DNA of 64,000 bases from Nannocystis bainbridge (GTDB taxonomy: Bacteria; Myxococcota_A; Polyangia; Nannocystales; Nannocystaceae): contig NZ_JAQNDL010000003.1 in NCBI RefSeq assembly GCF_028368995.1, positions 2,656,001 through 2,720,000 of the forward strand, written 5' to 3'. The translations under genes were made by a program, and so were the position numbers. Position 1 is the first letter of the stretch. Each line of letters starts with the position of its first letter. The notes beneath the pieces were generated by a model. That model saw nothing but the letters and a program-made list of their open reading frames with translations, made no database searches and was not told where the DNA came from. Shown piece by piece: positions 1-11,193 of the stretch.

Positions 1-866
<866 letters not shown>

Positions 867-895
867 GCCCGGAGCCCGGCGCGTGTCCGCCGGGC

Positions 896-948
896 TGTCC
901 TGCGGGACACCTCTGATTCGCCCGACATGTCTCAAGCGACATGTCGGG
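896..948. repeat. TGTC-N6-GACA palindrome cluster and hairpin between convergent genes
   Basis: TGTCCTGCGGGACA at 896-909; CCCGACATGTC-TCAAGC-GACATGTCGGG at 921-948. Confidence 0.8.
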
Positions 949-957
949 CTACTCGCA

Positions 958-1638
958 TCAGCCGGGCGGCTTGCCCTGGCTTTTGGGAGCTGCCCGATCG
1001 GTCAGCATGCCCTCGCGCAGCATGCGATCGCGGTGGCGACGCATGCGGGCGAACTCGGGCTCGGCGAAGCTGAGCTCCCCGGTCAGCCAGGCGACGCGCG
1101 GGGTCTTGTTCATCAGGCTCTCGTCGTAGCTCGAGTGCGGCAGACCGAAGAAGTGGCCGAGCTCGTGGGCGAGGGTCAGCGCGCCGGCGATCTTTGAGAG
1201 AATGACCCACCGGCGCGCGCGGTCCTGGCGGAAGCGCCAGTGGACGCCGCGGATCTCGCTGCCGGCGACGTCGACGTCGGCGAGGCGACCGACGACGAAC
1301 ACGTGGGCGACGCCGCGGCTGAAGTGCGGATCGCCGAGCGCGTCGCGCTCGCCGCGATCGTCGATCTCGAGGTCGCTCGCCGGCAGCGTCTCGGCGGCGA
1401 CCACCTCGAAGTTGACGTCGATCGTGGCGAAGCGCGCGTTGGCCTCGGCGACCTGCGACGTGACCCACTCGACCGTCTGCACCGCCACGCCGCCGGTGAC
1501 GACCAGGTGGAGGTGGACGCCGAAGCAGCGCTCGACCTCGGCGGCGCAGCGCGGCGTCTGCTGCACGTACGCGGCCAGATCGGGGCCTGCCGGCGGGCTC
1601 GCCAGCATCGCCGCGAACATGGCCGCGAGCAGCATCAT
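958..1638 (-). CDS. Secreted zinc metalloprotease (metzincin/matrixin-like)
   Basis: Signal-like N-terminus MMLLAAMFAAMLAS, HELGHFFGLPH zinc motif and downstream Met-turn (SLM). Start abuts the metF stop (alternative GTG at 1644). Confidence 0.75.
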   Translation of the reverse strand: MMLLAAMFAAMLASPPAGPDLAAYVQQTPRCAAEVERCFGVHLHLVVTGGVAVQTVEWVTSQVAEANARFATIDVNFEVVAAETLPASDLEIDDRGERDALGDPHFSRGVAHVFVVGRLADVDVAGSEIRGVHWRFRQDRARRWVILSKIAGALTLAHELGHFFGLPHSSYDESLMNKTPRVAWLTGELSFAEPEFARMRRHRDRMLREGMLTDRAAPKSQGKPPG

Positions 1639-1640
1639 CG

Positions 1641-2564
1641 TCACACCGCCACGTGGGCCAGGCGCAAGATCTCGAAGATCGCGCGGGTCGCCGGCGACTT
1701 GTTCAGCGTGTAGAAGTGAATGCCCGGCACGCCCGGCCGCGGCGGGGTGAACGGCGCCGAGAACGGGTCGCCGACCGGCGGGGTGAGCAGCGCGCGGCAC
1801 TGGTGGGCCGCGTACGAGACGCCCGTCCAGAACACCTCCTGGGGGTCGCCGTCGGTGCCCTGCAGGCGCTGGCGCAGCGGCGCCGGGATGGTCGCGCCGC
1901 ACATCTGCGTGAAGCGCTGGATCTGCTCGTAGTTGGTCACCGGCATCACGCCGGCGAGGATCGGCACGGTGATGCCGGCCTCGGTCGCGCGGCGGACGAA
2001 GTCGTGATAGCTGGCGTTGTCGAAGAACAGCTGGCTGATCAAGAAGTCGACGCCGGCGTCGACCTTGTGCTTGAGCCAGCGGAGATCGCTGGCGCTGCTC
2101 TCGGCCTCGGGGTGGACCTCGGGGTAGCAGGCGGCGCCGACGCAGAACGGGCCGCGCTCGCGGATGAAGGCCACCAGCTCGCTGGCGTGGCGGAGGCCGC
2201 CCTCGGCGGCGACGAACGCGGCCTCGCCCTTGGGCGGGTCGCCGCGCAGGGCGAGGATGTTGCAGATCTCGCGGTCGCCGAGCTGGTCGATGGTGCGGGC
2301 GAGCTCGTCGCGGCTGGCGCCGACGCAGGTCAGGTGGGCCATCGGCTCGATGCCGAGCTCGCGCTTGATGCGGGCGACGATGTCGAGGGTGCGGCTGCGG
2401 GTGCTGCCGCCGGCCCCGTAGGTGACGGACACGAAGTCGGGCGAGAGCGGGGCCAGCTGCTCGAGGCTGCGCCACAGCACGGCCTCGCCTTTTTCGGTCT
2501 TCGGCGGGAAGAACTCGAAGCTGAACACAGGCCGCTTGTGGGCCAGGCGCTCGCGGATCAGCAT
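1641..2564 (-). CDS. metF: 5,10-methylenetetrahydrofolate reductase
   Basis: FSFEFFPPK, VTYGAGGS, AHLTC, LALRGDPP, QLFFD and GIHFYTLN motifs; start placed at MLIRERL. Confidence 0.95.
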   Translation of the reverse strand: MLIRERLAHKRPVFSFEFFPPKTEKGEAVLWRSLEQLAPLSPDFVSVTYGAGGSTRSRTLDIVARIKRELGIEPMAHLTCVGASRDELARTIDQLGDREICNILALRGDPPKGEAAFVAAEGGLRHASELVAFIRERGPFCVGAACYPEVHPEAESSASDLRWLKHKVDAGVDFLISQLFFDNASYHDFVRRATEAGITVPILAGVMPVTNYEQIQRFTQMCGATIPAPLRQRLQGTDGDPQEVFWTGVSYAAHQCRALLTPPVGDPFSAPFTPPRPGVPGIHFYTLNKSPATRAIFEILRLAHVAV

Positions 2565-2632
2565 GTCCCCGTCCTCGTAGCACGGGCGCTGGGTCCTGGT
2601 CCAGCGGCGCGCGGTTTGGTACATCGGGCCTC

Positions 2633-4195
2633 ATGCGCTGGTTCCAACGCGGCGACATCGACGGGTTCTTCGGCCTCGCGGTCGACAACCTCGTGCAGCT
2701 CCTGCTCATCGACGCGCTGTGTCGCCACGTGCTCGGCTTCTCCGACGCGCTGCTCTACGGCCAGGTGCTGCCCGGCGCCGCGGTCTCGCTGCTGGTCGGC
2801 AACCTCTACTACGCGTGGCAAGCCAGGCGGCTCGGCCAGGCGCTCGGCCGCTCGGACATCTGCGCGCTGCCCTACGGCATCAACACGGTGTCGGTGTTCG
2901 CACATGTCTTTTTGGTCATGTTGCCCGCGAAGCTGGCGGCGACCGCCGCGGGCGCGGCCGACCCGACGACGATCGCGTGGCAGGCCGGGCTGGTGGCGTG
3001 CTTCGGCTCGGGCCTCATCGAATTGAGCGGCGCCTTCGTCGCCGAGCGGCTGCGCAAGGCCACGCCGCGGGCGGCGCTGCTGTCGACGCTGTCGGGCGTG
3101 GCGCTCGGGTTTATCAGCCTCGGATTTTTGTACCGCAGCTTCGCGCGCCCGGTGGTCGGGCTCGTCACGCTCGGCGTGCTGCTGCTGGTGTACTTCGGCC
3201 GGCTCAAGTTCAAGGGCGGGGTCCCGGGCGGGCTCGTCGCCGTCGCTCTCGGCACGCTGATCGCGTGGCTCACCGGCATCGCCCCGGTCGGCGAGGCGCC
3301 CGCGCACGGCCACGGCCTGCAGCTGCCGCTGCCGGTGATCGGGCCGCTGATCGACGCGTTGACGGGCGACATGCTGTGGGCCTACCTGGCGGTGATCGTG
3401 CCGATGGGCGTGTTCAACGTGGTCGGCTCGCTGCAGAACATCGAGGCCGCCGAGGCCGCCGGCGACCCGTTCCCGACCACGCCGTCGCTGGCGATGAACG
3501 GCCTCGGCACCCTCGCCGCGTCGCTGTTCGGCTCGTGCTTCCCGACCACGATCTACATCGGCCACCCCGGCTGGAAGGCCATGGGCGCGCGCGCCGGTTA
3601 CTCGATCCTCAACGGCGTGTTCGCCACGCTCGTGTGCCTCACCGGCACGCTGGCGTACATCGCCTGGGCCGTGCCGATCGAGGCCGGCATGGCGATCATC
3701 CTGTGGATCGGCATCGTCATCACCGCGCAGGCGTTCGAGGCCACGCCGCGAGAGCACGCGCCGGCGGTGGTGATCGGCATCCTGCCAGGGGTCGGCGCCT
3801 GGGGCGCGATGATGGCGAAGGCGGGCCTGCGCGCCGGCGGCGTCGACGGCACGACGAGCGCAATGTCACCCGCGCTGGTGCCGGTGTTCCAGCGCGCCGA
3901 CGTGTGGATCGACGGGGCCTTCGCGCTCGAGCAGGGCTTCATCTTCACCTCGATGTTCCTCGCCGCCGCCACGGTCGCGGTCATCGAGCGCAAGCTCAGG
4001 CACGCCGCGTGGTGGTGCTTCGCCGGCGCCGCGCTGTCGATGCTCGGGTTCATGCACTCCTATGTCTGGACCCCGGCCGACACCGTACTATCCTTGTCAC
4101 CCGCCTGGCCTTTCGTGCAGGGCTACGCCCTGATGGGCCTCGTGTTCCTGGTCGCCCCGTGGGTCACCCGACCCAGCGACGGCCCCGCCCACTGA
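2633..4195 (+). CDS. NCS2/AzgA-like nucleobase permease
   Basis: GDIDGFFGL N-terminus, ALPYGINT, FPTTIYIGHPGWKAMGAR and many hydrophobic helices. Confidence 0.85.
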   Translation: MRWFQRGDIDGFFGLAVDNLVQLLLIDALCRHVLGFSDALLYGQVLPGAAVSLLVGNLYYAWQARRLGQALGRSDICALPYGINTVSVFAHVFLVMLPAKLAATAAGAADPTTIAWQAGLVACFGSGLIELSGAFVAERLRKATPRAALLSTLSGVALGFISLGFLYRSFARPVVGLVTLGVLLLVYFGRLKFKGGVPGGLVAVALGTLIAWLTGIAPVGEAPAHGHGLQLPLPVIGPLIDALTGDMLWAYLAVIVPMGVFNVVGSLQNIEAAEAAGDPFPTTPSLAMNGLGTLAASLFGSCFPTTIYIGHPGWKAMGARAGYSILNGVFATLVCLTGTLAYIAWAVPIEAGMAIILWIGIVITAQAFEATPREHAPAVVIGILPGVGAWGAMMAKAGLRAGGVDGTTSAMSPALVPVFQRADVWIDGAFALEQGFIFTSMFLAAATVAVIERKLRHAAWWCFAGAALSMLGFMHSYVWTPADTVLSLSPAWPFVQGYALMGLVFLVAPWVTRPSDGPAH

Positions 4196-4203
4196 GACAC
4201 CTC

Positions 4204-4989
4204 GTGCTGACGATCGCGTCCTGGAACGTCAACGGCCTGCGCGCCCTGGCCCGCAAGCAAGCCCTGTCCCCCTGGCTCGCCAGCGGGCCGACGATCGTCG
4301 GCCTGCAGGAGGTCCGCGCCAGCGCCGACCAGCTCGGCGAGCTGGCCCAGCCCGACGGCTGGCCTTTCGCACATGTCTCTCCAGCCAGGCGCGCGGGCTA
4401 CAGCGGCGTCGCCCTGTTCAGCAAGCTCGCGCCCGACAGCGTCGAGACCGCGCTCGGCCCCAAGTTCGACGTCGAGGGCCGCCTGCAATTGGCGCGCTTC
4501 GGCAAGCTGGTGGTCGCCAACGTGTACTTCCCCAACGGCAACGGCCAGGACCGCAGCAACGACCGCGTGCCGTACAAGCTGTCGTTCTACCGGGCGCTGC
4601 GCAAGCGGCTCGACGCGCTGCGGGCCGAGGGGCTGCGGGTGCTGGTGATGGGCGACTTCAACACGGCCCATCAGGAGATCGATCTGGCCCGCCCGCGCGA
4701 CAATCTGGGCACCAGCGGGTTCCTGCCGGAGGAGCGCGCCGAGCTCGGCCGCTGGCTCAAGCGCGGCTATCACGACACCTTCCGCAAGTTCGAGGCCGGG
4801 CCGGGCCACTATTCGTGGTGGTGTCAGCGCGGCGGCTGCCGCGAGCGCAACGTCGGCTGGCGCATCGACTACGTGCTCGCGTGCGCCGAGGCGCTGCCGT
4901 TCGTCAAAGCGGCGGCGATTCACCCGAGCGTGCTCGGCTCGGATCATTGCCCCGTCAGCGTCACCGTCGATCCCGACATCGTCCGTTGA
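4204..4989 (+). CDS. xth: Exodeoxyribonuclease III / AP endonuclease
   Basis: SWNVNGLRA, LQE, GYSGVA, YFPNG, GDFN, GWRIDY and SDHCP motifs; GTG start. Confidence 0.93.
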   Translation: MLTIASWNVNGLRALARKQALSPWLASGPTIVGLQEVRASADQLGELAQPDGWPFAHVSPARRAGYSGVALFSKLAPDSVETALGPKFDVEGRLQLARFGKLVVANVYFPNGNGQDRSNDRVPYKLSFYRALRKRLDALRAEGLRVLVMGDFNTAHQEIDLARPRDNLGTSGFLPEERAELGRWLKRGYHDTFRKFEAGPGHYSWWCQRGGCRERNVGWRIDYVLACAEALPFVKAAAIHPSVLGSDHCPVSVTVDPDIVR

Positions 4990-5158
4990 CGCGCGACGCT
5001 GGGGGCGCGGGCCCAGCAGCGGCAGCACAGCCTCGCTGTGGACCCGGTGGCGCGCGCGATGGTTTCGCCGCCTGCACGGTCTAGCCTGCCGCTGCGGTGC
5101 CCCGGGCGGCGCCAGAATGCCGCTGACAACCGCGGCGACGCGAAGTATGGTGCCGCCC

Positions 5159-7072
5159 ATGCTTCGTCCACGCGTCGCCGCGTTCCTGGTCCTCCCGTTG
5201 CTCCCCGTGATCGCCTGTCAGGGCGGCGCCGAACAACAACAGCCGGCGGCGCAGAAGGGCAAGCCGGCGCGGGTCGTCGACAGGAAGGGCGACGGCAAGG
5301 CCGAGACCAAGCTCGAGGGCAAGGAGGTCGAGAAGGCCCCGGGCCAGGCCGCCGAGGCCAGGGCGTTCGTCGAGCGCGTCGACGGCGAGCTGCGCGCGCT
5401 CGCGGTCGCCTCGAGCAAGGCCGAGTGGGACAAGAACACCAACATCACCGACGCCACCGAGAAGGCCGCGGCCGACGCCAACGAGAAGTTGATGGAGTTC
5501 ATGGCCAGGACCATCAAGGAAGCCACGACCTTCACCGGCGGCGACATCGACCCCGAGACGGCGCGCAAGCTGCACCTGCTCAAGGTCACCGCCAGCCCGC
5601 CGCCGGCCCCCGGCGACCCCGACAAGCGCAAGCGGCTGGCCGAGCTCGGCGCCAAGATGGAGGGCATCTACGGCAAGGGCAAGGCGTGCGAGGGCGCGAA
5701 GTGCAAGGACCTCGGCGCGCTCGAGGACATCATCGGCACCAGCCGCAAGTACGACGAGCTGCTCAAGGCGTGGACCGGCTGGCACAAGATCGCCGTCGAG
5801 CTGCGGCCGCTGTATCAGGAGTTCGTCGGCCTCGCCAACGAGGGCGCCAAGGAGATCGGCTACAAGGACCTCGGCGAGCTGTGGCGCGCCGGCTACGACA
5901 TGAGCCCGGCCGACTTCGAGCAGGAGACCGAGCGGCTGTGGACGCAGGTCCAGCCGCTCTACGACAAGCTGCACTGCTACGTGCGCGGCAAGCTGGCCGA
6001 CAAGTACGGCAAGGACAAGGTCCCGGCCGAGGGCCTGATCCCGGCGCACCTGCTCGGCAACATGTGGGCGCAGGAGTGGGCCAACATCTATCCGCTGGTC
6101 GAGCCGTTCCCCGGGGCCGCCAGCCTCGACGTCACCGGCGCGCTGAAGAAGGCCAAGTACGACGAGGTCAAGCTGGTCAAGCTCGGCGAGTCGTTCTTCA
6201 CCTCGGTCGGCCTCGACCCGCTGCCGGCGACCTTCTGGGAGCGCTCGATGCTGCAGAAGCCGAAGGACCGCGAGGTCGTGTGCCACGCGAGCGCCTGGGA
6301 CGTCGACTTCAACGACGACCTGCGGATCAAGATGTGCATCAAGATCAACCAGGAGGACCTGGTCACGGTCCACCACGAGCTCGGGCACAACTATTATTAT
6401 CACTACTATTACAAGCTGCCGCTGCTGTTCCAGAACGGCGCCCACGACGGCTTCCACGAGGCGATCGGCGACGCGATCGCGCTGTCGATCACGCCGGCCT
6501 ACCTCAAGCAGATCGGCCTCATCGACGCGGTCCCGGCCGACGACAAGGGCCTCATCAACCTGCAGATGCAGGACGCGCTCGAGAAGATCGCGTTCCTGCC
6601 GTTCGGCAAGCTGATCGATCAATGGCGCTGGGACGTGTTCTCCGGCAAGACCGCGCCGGAGCAGTACAACGAGGCCTGGTGGGCGCTGCGCGCCAAGTAC
6701 CAGGGCATCGCCCCGCCGGAGGGCCGCCCGGACCCCGAGTTCTTCGACGCCGGCGCGAAGTACCACATCCCGGCCAACGTGCCGTACACCCGCTATTTCC
6801 TGGCGCGGATCCTCCAGTTCCAGTTCCACAAGGCGCTGTGCGAGGCCGCCGGTCACACCGGGCCGCTGCACGAGTGCTCGATCTACGGCAAGACCGCCGC
6901 CGGCGACAAGCTCAAGGCGATGCTCGCCCTCGGCTCGTCCAAGCCGTGGCCCGAGGCGATGGCCGCCCTCACTGGCACCAAGCAGATGGACGCCGGGGCG
7001 ATGATCGAGTACTTCGCGCCGCTCGAGAAGTGGCTCGACGAGCAGAATCAGGGCAAGAAGTGCGGCTGGTGA
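5159..7072 (+). CDS. M2 family metallopeptidase (ACE-like peptidyl-dipeptidase), probable lipoprotein
   Basis: HHELGH, GFHEAIGD, AHLLGNMWAQ, CHASAWD and KYHIP motifs; lipobox-like VIAC. Confidence 0.93.
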   Translation: MLRPRVAAFLVLPLLPVIACQGGAEQQQPAAQKGKPARVVDRKGDGKAETKLEGKEVEKAPGQAAEARAFVERVDGELRALAVASSKAEWDKNTNITDATEKAAADANEKLMEFMARTIKEATTFTGGDIDPETARKLHLLKVTASPPPAPGDPDKRKRLAELGAKMEGIYGKGKACEGAKCKDLGALEDIIGTSRKYDELLKAWTGWHKIAVELRPLYQEFVGLANEGAKEIGYKDLGELWRAGYDMSPADFEQETERLWTQVQPLYDKLHCYVRGKLADKYGKDKVPAEGLIPAHLLGNMWAQEWANIYPLVEPFPGAASLDVTGALKKAKYDEVKLVKLGESFFTSVGLDPLPATFWERSMLQKPKDREVVCHASAWDVDFNDDLRIKMCIKINQEDLVTVHHELGHNYYYHYYYKLPLLFQNGAHDGFHEAIGDAIALSITPAYLKQIGLIDAVPADDKGLINLQMQDALEKIAFLPFGKLIDQWRWDVFSGKTAPEQYNEAWWALRAKYQGIAPPEGRPDPEFFDAGAKYHIPANVPYTRYFLARILQFQFHKALCEAAGHTGPLHECSIYGKTAAGDKLKAMLALGSSKPWPEAMAALTGTKQMDAGAMIEYFAPLEKWLDEQNQGKKCGW

Positions 7073-7188
7073 GCTGAGCCCACGCGCGCACCATGAGCGA
7101 AGAGCCGGCTCTCGCGGTGCGAGGGTCGGCGCTTTCGTTCGGCGCTCGCCGCCTGTGACCGGCGTCGATTCGGCGTATGCTGGCGAGC

Positions 7189-8046
7189 ATGCGCCGAGTC
7201 GTCGGTTCCGTGGTGATGGTCCTGGCGTGCGGGCCCGGGCCCGCGGACGAGTCCGCGGGCATCACGAGCGCCTTCACGAGCAGCACCGCCGGCGAAGAGG
7301 CGAGCGCGCCGACCACCGCGATCACGACCGGCGGTGAGACCTTCGTCGGCTGTGACATCGTGCTGCGCGGGGATGTCGACGACACCGCCTCGGTGCAGGC
7401 GGCCCTCGACGGCGCGAGCGACGGCGCCACGATCTGCTTCGAGGGAGTCTTCGCGCTCGGGCCGATCCACGGGGCCCGGCGCAACGCGCTCGGGATCCTC
7501 GTGGTCGGGTCCACCGGCGTGGCGCTGTTCGGCAGCGACATCGAGGGCAACGACGGCGACAACTTCGCCCCGCCCGGCACGCTCGCGGCGGCGATGCCTC
7601 CGCACGTCGGGGTGATGGTGCTCGCCAGTGACGCCGTCGAGGTCCACGGCAATGCGATCGCCGACAATCCGACCACCGGCGTCGCGGTCGTCAGCCTCGC
7701 GGCCCTGCTCGGTTTGAACCTGCTGCCGGCCGATCACGGGCTCGGGTTCGACGGCTACCCCGAGACTGTCGACATTCACGACAACCTCATCGAAAACAAC
7801 GGCCTCGCGCCCGCCGAGCTGTTCCGCGACGGGTTCATGCTCGACCCCATGGCCCAGCTCGCGTGGGACGGGGTCGTCGACCTCGCCAAGGACAACGGCG
7901 AGGGCCAGCTCGACCTGTGCATCCGCGCCAACGGCGACGCCGACTTCGTCGACTTCGATGCGCTCGGGCTCGGCGCCGGCAAGTCCTTCGACCTCGCCCC
8001 GCACGACTGCGCCCACCCGCCGCTGCCGCCGGTCGAGGTGCCGTGA
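7189..8046 (+). CDS. Parallel beta-helix lipoprotein, apparently internally shortened
   Basis: Lipobox VLAC, Thr/Ser linker, VQAALDGA..G.TI, NFAPPG, VEVHGNAI..N and C-terminal HDCAHPPLPPV, all typical of the beta-helix family. Confidence 0.6.
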   Translation: MRRVVGSVVMVLACGPGPADESAGITSAFTSSTAGEEASAPTTAITTGGETFVGCDIVLRGDVDDTASVQAALDGASDGATICFEGVFALGPIHGARRNALGILVVGSTGVALFGSDIEGNDGDNFAPPGTLAAAMPPHVGVMVLASDAVEVHGNAIADNPTTGVAVVSLAALLGLNLLPADHGLGFDGYPETVDIHDNLIENNGLAPAELFRDGFMLDPMAQLAWDGVVDLAKDNGEGQLDLCIRANGDADFVDFDALGLGAGKSFDLAPHDCAHPPLPPVEVP

Positions 8047-8070
8047 GGGCCACGCAGCCCTGAAACGAGA

Positions 8071-8110
8071 GAGCCGACCTCGCGCGCTCTGGGTGCGCGG
8101 AGGTCGGCTC
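8071..8110. terminator. GC-rich hairpin between convergent genes
   Basis: Inverted repeat GAGCCGACCT ... AGGTCGGCTC; no U-tract. Confidence 0.5.
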
Positions 8111-8140
8111 GGTGCGTGTCGCTGGCTTGGTCGAGCGAGC

Positions 8141-9985
8141 TTACGGGCAGGCCTTGGTGCGGCCGACCTTGAGCTGGCAGATCGCGTCGGCGAACGAGGC
8201 CGAGAACACGTCGCGGCGCACGCCGGTCTGGGCCTTGCCGAGGTTGTCGAGGTCGGGGCTGAGCTGGCCGAGCTTCTCGCGCAGGGTCGTCTCGGTGGTC
8301 CACATCTCGGCCGCGGCGCGGCGGATCGCCACGTCCTCGTCGAACGCGTTGAACACCGTGACGATCGGCTCCTTGTCGCCGCCCAGCGGCACGCCGGCGG
8401 CCTTGACGGCCAGGTTGAAGCGGTCGGCGTCGAGCGCGAACAGGATGTTGAAGTCGTCGCGCGACGGGTAGAGGGCGCGGATGGCGTCGAGCTCGTTGTC
8501 GTCGAAGTCGCCCTCGCCGAGGTTCTGGTCGACCTCCCAGCGCAGGTCGTCGTCCTTGTTGATCATGCCGACGTTGTGGCAGCCCATGCACGACTTGCCG
8601 TTGCGGACCACGCCGTCGGGGGCGTTCTTGTCCTGGACGATCTGGATCGGCGCGTCGTCGATGCGGCCGCCGAACTCGTCGACGATCATGTAGCCCTGCA
8701 TGCCGTTCGGCAGGTTGTAGATGATCTCGCTGCCGTCCTCGGCGAAGTCGAACGGGTCGACGAACACGTTGGCGTCGCCGGCGTTGCTGCCGAAGTCGTA
8801 GCTGATCCAGTACGAGCGGTTGCTGGCGTTGGGGAAGTCGTGGCGCTCGATCACCCGGTGGTTCTCGGACACGCCCGAGTCGTGGAAGGCCGAGCGCGCG
8901 ACCCGGTTCGGGTTGGTGTCGACCTCCTCCTGGATGTTCGCCTCGACGTCGATGCCGAAGCTCGCCTCGAGCTCCTGGCGGGTCAGCGGGATGCGCAGGA
9001 CATCGTGGTAGAGCGGCGGCTGGGCGGCGACCTCGACGAACGCGTCGGCCTGCAGCAGGAAGAACTTGGTGCCGGTGGCCAGCTTCACGTCCTCGGCGCT
9101 GTCGCCGATGAACTCGATCGCGTACGGGTCCTTGGCCGCGATCAGCTCCCACGTGTCCTTGAAGGTCTCGGTGACGCTGCCGACCGAGGGGTCGAGCACG
9201 GTGCCCGGGGCGTCCCAGTCGTAGTCGCGGATGTCGATGCGGAAGATCAGGTTGTCCGGATCGATCGGCGACGGCGCGACGACCTTGATCTCGTTCGACA
9301 GGCTGTTGACCAGCTTCGACAGCGCGTGGCGGTAGATGTCGATCTGGTCCGAGCACCAGCCGTAGTTGTAGAGGTGGACCAGGCTGAAGTAGCGGATGAA
9401 GGGCCGCGCGTCGGCCGAGATCTCCTGCGTGTTGAGCAGGTCGGCGCGGATCATGTCGATCACCTGCGAGCGGGTGATCCACGGGTTGTCGCCGCAGCCG
9501 GTGACGCCGGCGCACTCGCCGATCCACTGCTCGACGACGCGGATGTCGTCGTCGGTCGGCCGCTGGGTCTCGGCCTCCGGGGGCATCGGCGCCATGGTGG
9601 CGGCCATGCGGCGGTACAGCGCCGAGTTGTTGGGCTGACCGGGGACGACCTTGCCGTTCTTGATCAGGGCGTCGAGGTTGGTGATGTAATTGATGCTGCC
9701 GAGCGCGGCGCTCTCGGGGCCGTGGCACTTGGAGCAGTTGACATCCATGATGTCGAGCGTCTTGGCCGAGAGCTCGCCGCAGTTGGCGACGCCGTTCTCG
9801 CCGTCGGTGCCGCCGGACGTGCCGTCGGTGCCCGGGCCGGAGGCGGACTCGCTGCCCTCGGTGCCTTCGCTGTCGTCGCCTCCGTCCCCGTTGCCGGGCA
9901 GGACGACGGTCTTACAGGCGCCTGTGACGAACAGGGCGAGAGCGGCGGCGGCGAGCGGGATCGTGGAGGATGTACGTTGGGACAT
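8141..9985 (-). CDS. Diheme c-type cytochrome lipoprotein (planctomycete-cytochrome-like N-terminal domain)
   Basis: Lipobox VTGAC; CxxCH motifs CSKCH and CMGCH; VVPG.P..S.LY...MPP signature. Confidence 0.8.
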   Translation of the reverse strand: MSQRTSSTIPLAAAALALFVTGACKTVVLPGNGDGGDDSEGTEGSESASGPGTDGTSGGTDGENGVANCGELSAKTLDIMDVNCSKCHGPESAALGSINYITNLDALIKNGKVVPGQPNNSALYRRMAATMAPMPPEAETQRPTDDDIRVVEQWIGECAGVTGCGDNPWITRSQVIDMIRADLLNTQEISADARPFIRYFSLVHLYNYGWCSDQIDIYRHALSKLVNSLSNEIKVVAPSPIDPDNLIFRIDIRDYDWDAPGTVLDPSVGSVTETFKDTWELIAAKDPYAIEFIGDSAEDVKLATGTKFFLLQADAFVEVAAQPPLYHDVLRIPLTRQELEASFGIDVEANIQEEVDTNPNRVARSAFHDSGVSENHRVIERHDFPNASNRSYWISYDFGSNAGDANVFVDPFDFAEDGSEIIYNLPNGMQGYMIVDEFGGRIDDAPIQIVQDKNAPDGVVRNGKSCMGCHNVGMINKDDDLRWEVDQNLGEGDFDDNELDAIRALYPSRDDFNILFALDADRFNLAVKAAGVPLGGDKEPIVTVFNAFDEDVAIRRAAAEMWTTETTLREKLGQLSPDLDNLGKAQTGVRRDVFSASFADAICQLKVGRTKACP

Positions 9986-10416
9986 GGTCGAAAGCGCTGG
10001 TTGAGGAGGTGGCGCGAAGCTGTGGAGATTTCGCCCGGTCCGGACGAGGCGCGCCGTGGCGCCGGGGATGTGCGGGACCGAATCGAGGGTGGGAACGACG
10101 CGCCCTCCGTGGCGCCCCGAAGAGAGCGCCCTGACTTGGGCGGTCCCCCCGGCGTCACGGGTAACGGGGCTCGCTCGCTCGATCACCGCGCCCGGGACAA
10201 TTTTGGAGATGGGCGCCAAACGTGCCCTCGGCGACGTTATGGCAACAGGACACGATTAGCCGGAATCTCCGAGCACGCCACGATTTTCAAGTCGAACAGG
10301 TCCTAGGACCTGTTTTTCGCTGTTTCTCGTGCGTCGCACCGCGCGCCGTTGCGCCAATGACCGCTGCGCGATTCGTCTTCGGCGAATCGCGTGACCACGT
10401 GGCGATATGATAGGCA

Positions 10417-10564
10417 TGTCCCCGAGGACAGGTCGACGCCACGCCGAGGTCGAGCCCGCTGGACCCGCGCCACAGGTGCGGTGGTGCATGTCCCGAGGGA
10501 CAGGCGAGCCGACGCGACTGACATGTCCCGAGGGACATACTCGATCAAGATGTCTCGAAGGACA
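10417..10564. repeat. Four TGTC-N6-GACA palindromes
   Basis: Copies at 10417, 10489, 10524 and 10551; two are identical (TGTCCCGAGGGACA). Confidence 0.85.
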
Positions 10565-10599
10565 GATCGCAGCCCGCGCCCCGCACGAGCCGCGGCCGC

Positions 10600-11031
10600 T
10601 CAGAGCGAGGCGCTGCCGGTCATGGTCGGCTGGTCGCTGACCTGCTGGTGCAGCCACGCGATCGCCGGGGCCTCGTCGTTGAACATCGACATCGGCAGCG
10701 GGCGGGTGTTCTGCGCCATGAAGTAGCGGCCGAGCTGGTGGCCGCTCGGCGTGGCGACCAGCAGCGCGACGGCGAAGCAGCCGCAGGCGAGGTCGGGGTC
10801 GGCGTAGTGCTCGCGCACGCCGGCCTGCAGGGCGCGGACGATGCGGATGTCGATCAGGACCGGCCGCAGGTGGCCGCCGGTCATCCGCACCAGGGCGGAT
10901 GTGTTCTCGCGGGCGTCCATGAGGGTCTGCGTGCGGGTTGTCAGCAGGCGCTGGACGATGACCCCGTCGGCGCGCTCCTCGTAGCGCGAGGTGCTGGTCG
11001 TGATCGACCGGAGGATAGCCGCCATGTTCAT
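10600..11031 (-). CDS. Small STAS/SEC14 (SpoIIAA-like) domain protein
   Basis: PVLIDIR, AVALLV.TP and MFNDEAPAIAWL pattern of myxobacterial SpoIIAA-like proteins. Confidence 0.65.
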   Translation of the reverse strand: MNMAAILRSITTSTSRYEERADGVIVQRLLTTRTQTLMDARENTSALVRMTGGHLRPVLIDIRIVRALQAGVREHYADPDLACGCFAVALLVATPSGHQLGRYFMAQNTRPLPMSMFNDEAPAIAWLHQQVSDQPTMTGSASL

Positions 11032-11193
11032 TGTTCCGTCTCGGGTGGGGGGCATAATCCACAATGCAGTGGTGCCCGGCAACCGCGGACTCGCGTGCGC
11101 CTGCTTTTGCACACCCCGCCCCGCGCGATCGGCGGCCGGCGCGGGGGCGCGCGGTTTGACTCGCCCGGGAGTTCGGCAACACACTCCGCGCCC

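Noticed and set aside
2565-2632. SAM riboswitch upstream of metF
   Set aside because: The 68-bp gap is shared with a divergent gene and has no recognisable aptamer motif.
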